Assembly: GCA_963664405.1 (NCBI GenBank)
Contig: OY761158.1
Location: forward strand, 3,264,001 to 3,328,000
DNA length: 64,000 nt
DNA from: Thermoanaerobaculia bacterium
GTDB taxonomy: Bacteria; Acidobacteriota; Thermoanaerobaculia; Multivoradales; Multivoraceae
Reading direction: 5' to 3'
Part shown: positions 59,536 through 64,000 of the stretch, piece after piece
Numbering within the stretch: the first letter of the stretch is position 1
Layout: each line of letters opens with the position of its first letter
Position numbers and translations under genes: made by a program
The notes under the pieces: model-generated
What the model was told of the DNA's origin: nothing
The model's database searches: none
The model's input: the letters and a program-made list of their open reading frames with translations, nothing else

Positions 59536-60489
59536 TTGGTTTACGAGAACATAATCGAGGTCATCGGCCACACCCCCTTGGTCAAGCTGCACGCGATGGC
59601 AGAAGGTCTTGCCTGCAACCTCTACGGCAAGTGCGAGTTCTTGAGTCCAGGGGGCTCCGTCAAAGATCGCATCGCTCGCCAGATGATCGTCGACGCGGAG
59701 AAGAGTGGACGCATCAAACCGGGCGACACGCTGATCGAGGCCACCAGTGGCAATACCGGGATCGGCATGGCGCTGGCGGGGGCTGCTCTGGGGTACGAAG
59801 TGATCATCACGATGCCGGAAAAGATGAGCAAGGAGAAGCAGGTGATCTTAGAGGCGCTCGGCGCCAGGATCGTTCGGACTCCTACCGCCGCCGCCTGGGA
59901 TTCGCCCGAGTCTCATATCGAGGTAGCCAAGAAGATTCAGCGAGAGACGCCCAATTCACACATCCTCGATCAGTACACGAACGACTCCAATCCTCAGGCC
60001 CATTACCTCGGCACTGGGCAAGAGATCGTCGATGACCTGAATGGAGAGGTCGACATGGTAGTGATCGGGGCCGGCACCGGCGGCACTTTGACCGGAGTCG
60101 CTAGGAAGGTCAAAGAGCACTGTCCTGATGCGATCATTGTCGCGGCAGACCCCGAAGGCTCGATCCTCGCTGGACCCGACGCGATCGAGTCCTACCAGGT
60201 TGAAGGCATCGGCTACGACTTCATCCCCAGGGTCTTGGACCGCGCTCTCGTCGATCGTTGGGTAAAGACCAACGATGCAGAGTCCTTCCGCTTGGCGCGT
60301 CGATTGATTCGCGAAGAGGGCCTGCTGGTCGGTGGATCCTCGGGAGCGGCGATGATGGCGGCCTACGAGGCGGCCGCTACCCTCGAGGAAGGGCACAACT
60401 GTGTGGTGCTCTTGCCCGATGGGATTCGCAATTATCTGAGCAAGTTCGTAGACAAAGACTGGCGACAGGCTCAGGGTTTCGTCGATTGA
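59536..60489 (+). CDS. PLP-dependent cystathionine beta-synthase / cysteine synthase family protein (no CBS domains)
   Basis: PGGSVKDRIA, EATSGNTG, MPEKMS.EK, GAGTGGT, VEGIGYDF, LPDGIRNYLSKF. Confidence 0.92.
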   Translation: MVYENIIEVIGHTPLVKLHAMAEGLACNLYGKCEFLSPGGSVKDRIARQMIVDAEKSGRIKPGDTLIEATSGNTGIGMALAGAALGYEVIITMPEKMSKEKQVILEALGARIVRTPTAAAWDSPESHIEVAKKIQRETPNSHILDQYTNDSNPQAHYLGTGQEIVDDLNGEVDMVVIGAGTGGTLTGVARKVKEHCPDAIIVAADPEGSILAGPDAIESYQVEGIGYDFIPRVLDRALVDRWVKTNDAESFRLARRLIREEGLLVGGSSGAAMMAAYEAAATLEEGHNCVVLLPDGIRNYLSKFVDKDWRQAQGFVD

Positions 60490-60492
60490 GGG

Positions 60493-60551
60493 CGGAGGAT
60501 CATCACCGCGCCTCGGATGAGGTCGATGGATGCGATGCGGGAGCGGCTCAT
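60493..60551 (-). pseudogene. 19-codon N-terminal stub of a DUF1624/HGSNAT-like membrane protein
   Basis: MSRSRIASIDLIRGAVMIL matches the R..SID..RG..M motif, then runs into the 3' end of the opposite-strand gene. Confidence 0.55.
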
Positions 60552-60831
60552 CGTTTGCTTGCGTGAATGAAGAGGCGTGGACTCTGCGCGGTGTAGGTCA
60601 CCGAATACGCTCGGCGAGTGAGGACTCCTGCCTCGTCGGTCTCGTCGTACCACCCTGCCAGCTTCTGTCGGTGAGCGGCGTCGAATGGCCCCAGGGTCGC
60701 GAAGCGGGTGTAGGTTCGGCCGGCGTGCGGATTTCGGCGGGTGAAGAAGGGTTTGGGGACGGGGTGTTGATGGCTGCGAGAAAGCGCATCCCGTTGGCTG
60801 CGAGCGCAGTTTCCGGGATGGAGTGAGCTGA

Positions 60832-61176
60832 GGGCTCATTCCCGACCCGCCCCGGCGGCACTCTGGGTACCGACAGTACCCGCCAGAGACGATCCCGCGC
60901 CTGCTCTTCATCAGGCGCGCCAAAGAGATCGGCTTCTCCCTCAAAGAGATCCTCGAGCTCCTGTCTCTGCGCGTGGATCCAGACAAGACCTGTTGCGATG
61001 TGAAAGCGCAGACCGAGGAGAAGATGCGCGAGATCGACGCCAAGATGAAATCGCTCCGCAGGATGAAGCGAGCCCTCGGCACGCTCTCCGCCTCATGTAG
61101 CGGGAGCGGTCCAACCAGTGAGTGCCCCATCTTGGACGCCCTCGGCGCCGTCGGAAGCTCCACTGAAAGCCTTTGA
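60832..61176 (+). pseudogene. MerR-family metal-responsive regulator lacking its N-terminal HTH start
   Basis: GLIPDPPRRHSGYRQY, FIRRAKEIGFSLKEI, TCCDV, C-x7-CPILDAL; in-frame TGA immediately upstream. Confidence 0.85.
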
Positions 61177-61224
61177 ACTAACCTGCCCTGCCTGTCAGGG
61201 CGCAAAAAGGAGGTACTAGATACC

Positions 61225-61493
61225 ATGGAGCAGAAACGAATTATTGAGATCTTCAGTGCCGAATGCCCAGCGTGCCAAAAGACGATTGATCTCGTCTCTA
61301 GCATCGCTTGCCCATCGTGTGAGCTGAGCATTCTGGACATGTCAGACGCCGAAGTGGCAGCCCGCGCCAAGAACCTTGGTGGCGCTCGGTACCCGCCGTC
61401 GTGATCGATGGCAAGCTAGCCGACTGCTGTGCCGGGCGAGGCCCGGACGAAGCAGGTCTGCGATCCGCAGGTATTGGTGTCGCCTTGGTCTAG
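61225..61493 (+). pseudogene. Small Cys-rich thioredoxin-fold protein with 1-nt frameshift at about 61381
   Basis: AGGAGG RBS; IEIFSAECPAC..ACPSC; after the shift RSVPAVVIDGKLADCCAGRG. Confidence 0.75.
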
Positions 61494-61600
61494 AGTTCTT
61501 CGGGCCTCCGGCATACAGCCGGGGGCCTCTTTTCATTTCCGCAAACCTGGCCCACCACAAGGGACTGTCCCCCAGTAGAAAGAGACGAGGAGGTGAAGTT

Positions 61601-61945
61601 ATGACCCGATTCCAAACTTCAAGAACGACAGCCATGGGGATGATGCTGGGGGTGTTGCTCGCCAGCCCTCCGCTCGCATTCGGCGACGACTCGAAGGACA
61701 AACCTCGACAGGTGATCTCCACGTTCGCTGTTACCGGCATGATATGAGGCGGCTGCGAAGCATCGGTCCGTGAGGCCGTAGGCAAGCTCGAGGGCGTCAA
61801 AAAGGTGGAGGCCTCTGTCGAGGAGGAGAAGGCCACCGTTGCCCATGACTCGACGAAGGTGACCGTCGAGCAGATTGCAGCCACGATCGAGAAGTTGGGT
61901 TTCGAGTGTGGGCTCCAGAAGAGCGAACCCGACAGCGACTCCTGA
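61601..61945 (+). CDS. Periplasmic heavy-metal-associated (MerP/CopZ-like) protein with in-frame TGA, probable selenoprotein
   Basis: GGAGG RBS, signal peptide, FAVTGMI-TGA-GGC then a complete HMA fold (VREAVGKLEGV..ATVAHD..IAATIEKLGF). Confidence 0.8.
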
Positions 61946-62069
61946 ACCGACCTAGGGCTCCCCTTCTCCCGTTTCTTCAACCCCGCCTGCCTTCGCGGGC
62001 GGTTGGCACCTTCCGCTACAGAAGGCGCCATCGCCGCCAAGGTTTTGAAACCTGACCGACACGGCCCTC

Positions 62070-62278
62070 CTAAGTGTTGATTCCCATAAGGTTGTTCAGT
62101 TCGAGCCTGGAGTTAGGTGGTCGTCCGCCAAGAGCTGAATGGGCTCGATGTTTGTTGTAGAAGTGGAGATATCTGGGTAAGAGATCGGAGCGCTCGCGCG
62201 AGGAGTGGAAGGTGAAGGCGTAGGCCCACTCTCGTTGGAGCGTTTGGATGAATCTCTCGGCTTTCCCGTTGGGCTCAA
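62070..62278 (-). mobile_element. IS481-family transposase 3' remnant with element end
   Basis: NGKAERFIQTLQREWAY, YN..R.HSALGG.PP, NNLMGINT*; end sequence TGTTG. Confidence 0.85.
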
Positions 62279-62281
62279 TGG

Positions 62282-62563
62282 TCGAATGCACCCGATACAG
62301 ATTGTGAGCAACGACGTTTTCGGGTAACCCATCCGTTCCACCCGCTGTTGGGGCGTGAGTACGAGCTGGCTCACTATCGCCAGTGCTGGGGCGAGGACCG
62401 GGTCTTCTACCTGGATGAATGCGAGGAGCTACGCTCCCTTCCAGCGCGTTGGACGAGTGCGGTGGCCGAGGACCCCGTGGTTGTCCTCTCCGCAGGCAGA
62501 TCGATGTACCGCTTGGCCGACCTGCTCGAGCTCGCCAAGCTGACCCGGGAGAGCGAGCGATGA
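62282..62563 (+). CDS. DUF5372 (Y4bD/Y4pK-like) protein; no start codon upstream of its conserved motif
   Basis: FRVTHPFHPL, WGEDRV, SLPARWT, RLADLLEL. Confidence 0.7.
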   Translation, partial: SNAPDTDCEQRRFRVTHPFHPLLGREYELAHYRQCWGEDRVFYLDECEELRSLPARWTSAVAEDPVVVLSAGRSMYRLADLLELAKLTRESER

Positions 62564-62775
62564 AGAGCTGCGCGAGGACGGTTGAGGGGCACCGTGCGTA
62601 AAGGAGATTATGCCGTGAATGTAATCACAATTATGTCGGGAAGAGTGCCAGAGTGTGACCAGGAGTGTAGAGATAGGCCAATTTAATGCACGATCTATCG
62701 GTACTCTCTTGGTGGACACCCCTTGACAGAGGATCCATGAAAGGCATAATTAGAATTACATTCCATGAGGAGACC

Positions 62776-63243
62776 ATGCCGCGACGCAGACCCGACCCGA
62801 AAGCCGAGGCCCTCCGTCAACGAGGGTGCCTTCATCCCCAGCCGGAGAAGGTCTCGGACGATTTGTTCACCTCGAGCGAGTTCTTCGACCCTCGAGACCT
62901 CGTGCAGGTCAAGTACGAGATGCTGCGCCGTGTCCGGGTGGACAGACACACGGTGAGCCGGAGCGCGGCAAGCTTCGGGTTGTCGCGCCCATCCTTCTAC
63001 CACGCCCAGGTGGTTTACGAAGAAGGCGGCCTACCCGCGTTGCTGCCAAGAAAGCCGGGGCCGCGCCGCGCCCACAAGCTATCCGAGGAGGTCGTCGAGG
63101 CCCTGCACGACAGGCTGGAGGGGGAGCCGGACGCAGATGCAACCGCCCTGGTCGAGTGGGTGCAGAAGCGCTTTGGCATCTCGATCCATCCGCGCAGCAT
63201 TGAGCGAGCCCTGGCTCGCCAGGAAAAAAAACGCCGGCCATGA
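62776..63243 (+). CDS. Helix-turn-helix protein of the recombinase element
   Basis: GAGGAG RBS; FFDPRDLVQVKYEMLR, FGLSRPSFY, PGPRRAHKL, HPRSIERAL. Confidence 0.8.
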   Translation: MPRRRPDPKAEALRQRGCLHPQPEKVSDDLFTSSEFFDPRDLVQVKYEMLRRVRVDRHTVSRSAASFGLSRPSFYHAQVVYEEGGLPALLPRKPGPRRAHKLSEEVVEALHDRLEGEPDADATALVEWVQKRFGISIHPRSIERALARQEKKRRP

Positions 63244-63527
63244 GCGCGACACGCCAGCAGAACGCTCCGGCCCATGTCGCTCGCTACGAGGAGCTCCGAG
63301 GACATGCGGCGAAGCGGCAGCTCCTATCGGTTCGGTTCGGCTTGGCCGTTCTCCTGCGACAAGGGCTGGCCGCTTGGGTTGAACAGGGGTCCAAGATGCC
63401 CGCGCCGACCCCGGCACCGTCCGCCGAGATAGCCAGGCCGTCCGCACTGCCTCACGATACGAGCGCGGATCTGATCAACGTGCTGGCCGCCATGGCTCTC
63501 AGCCATCTAGAGGAGAACCACGCATGA
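63240..63527 (+). CDS. Small hypothetical protein of the recombinase element
   Basis: RYEELR, GLAVLLRQGLAAW; ATGA overlaps at both ends. Confidence 0.7.
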   Translation: MSATRQQNAPAHVARYEELRGHAAKRQLLSVRFGLAVLLRQGLAAWVEQGSKMPAPTPAPSAEIARPSALPHDTSADLINVLAAMALSHLEENHA

Positions 63528-64000
63528 GCGCAAGCGCCCACCAGAAGGTGACCCCAAGCCACCTGCGACGCGATGCGTACCTGTATGTTCGCCAGTCGAC
63601 CGTGCGCCAGGTGTTCGAGAATACGGAGAGCACGAGACGCCAGTACGCGTTGCGAGAGCGCGCGGTGGCGATGGGATGGCCCATCGAGCGAGTCATCGTG
63701 ATCGACTCGGACCTGGGTAAGTCCGCAGCTTCCAGCGTCGACCGCGAGGGCTTTCAGAAGCTCGTCGGCGAGGTCGGTATGGGCCGAGCCGGGATCGTTC
63801 TCGGGCTGGAGGTTTCGCGCCTGGCACGCAATAGCACGGACTGGCATCGACTGCTGGAGATCTGCGCGCTGACCGACACGCTGATCCTTGACGAGGACGG
63901 GGTCTACAGCCCGAGTGATTTCAACGATCGCCTTCTGCTCGGGCTCAAGGGCACGATGAGCGAGGCGGAGCTTCACGTGATGCGGGCTCGGCTGCGCGGA
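63524..64000 (+). CDS. Large serine recombinase, N-terminal catalytic domain (runs off the window)
   Basis: Manual translation YLYVRQST, IDSDLGKS, REGFQKL, EVSRLARNS, NDRLLLGLKGTMSEAEL. Confidence 0.9.
   Translation, partial: MSASAHQKVTPSHLRRDAYLYVRQSTVRQVFENTESTRRQYALRERAVAMGWPIERVIVIDSDLGKSAASSVDREGFQKLVGEVGMGRAGIVLGLEVSRLARNSTDWHRLLEICALTDTLILDEDGVYSPSDFNDRLLLGLKGTMSEAELHVMRARLRG

Larger units (their letters stand above)
62279..64000 (+). mobile_element. Serine-recombinase element (DUF5372-like, HTH, small ORF, large serine recombinase); continues beyond the window
   Basis: Gene order and motifs listed in the following features; starts where the IS481 transposase is cut. Confidence 0.78.

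Noticed and set aside
60560-60830. Unassigned stretch before the MerR fragment
   Set aside because: No recognisable protein motif or element end could be identified.
60471-61370. 299-aa minus-strand ORF
   Set aside because: Mostly antisense to MerR and the thioredoxin-like gene; only its last about 20 codons resemble a real gene stub.
1-64000. CRISPR array, rRNA or tRNA genes
   Set aside because: No regularly spaced repeats with unique spacers, and no recognisable rRNA or tRNA sequence seen by eye.

Overview
A GC-rich bacterial window (probably Acidobacteriota-like, inferred only from gene families) that is a mosaic of intact housekeeping genes, truncated gene remnants and mobile DNA. From left to right it contains: a surface-glycosylation locus (DUF2298/YYY membrane protein, GT-C/ArnT-like transferase with a decayed partial duplicate, HAD, methyltransferase, UbiA-type polyprenyl-phosphate phosphoribosyltransferase, flippase-like protein, GT2-methyltransferase fusion); a prolyl oligopeptidase, aminotransferase, CoA-transferases, ABC exporters and beta-oxidation-type genes; H-NS; and a PQQ dehydrogenase split by an ISAzo13-family IS. 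Next come a lipid-tailoring operon, an IS1182 element and the best candidate for a novel system: a compact operon of FAAL, ACP, a KS-AT-ACP PKS fused to two AfsA-like hotdog domains, an exported phosphatase and a START-like protein, predicted to make an acyl-butenolide or gamma-butyrolactone lipid. The right end holds a cystathionine beta-synthase-like gene, a decaying mer-like cassette with a probable selenocysteine (GMxUxxC) heavy-metal-binding protein, an IS481 remnant and the start of a serine-recombinase element. Five CTAG-targeted palindromic MITE-like elements (four about 162 bp, one partial; three terminal-arm types) and several abrupt gene-to-gene junctions are also visible. No rRNA, tRNA or CRISPR array was seen. 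All calls come from reading motifs by eye; no database searches were run.
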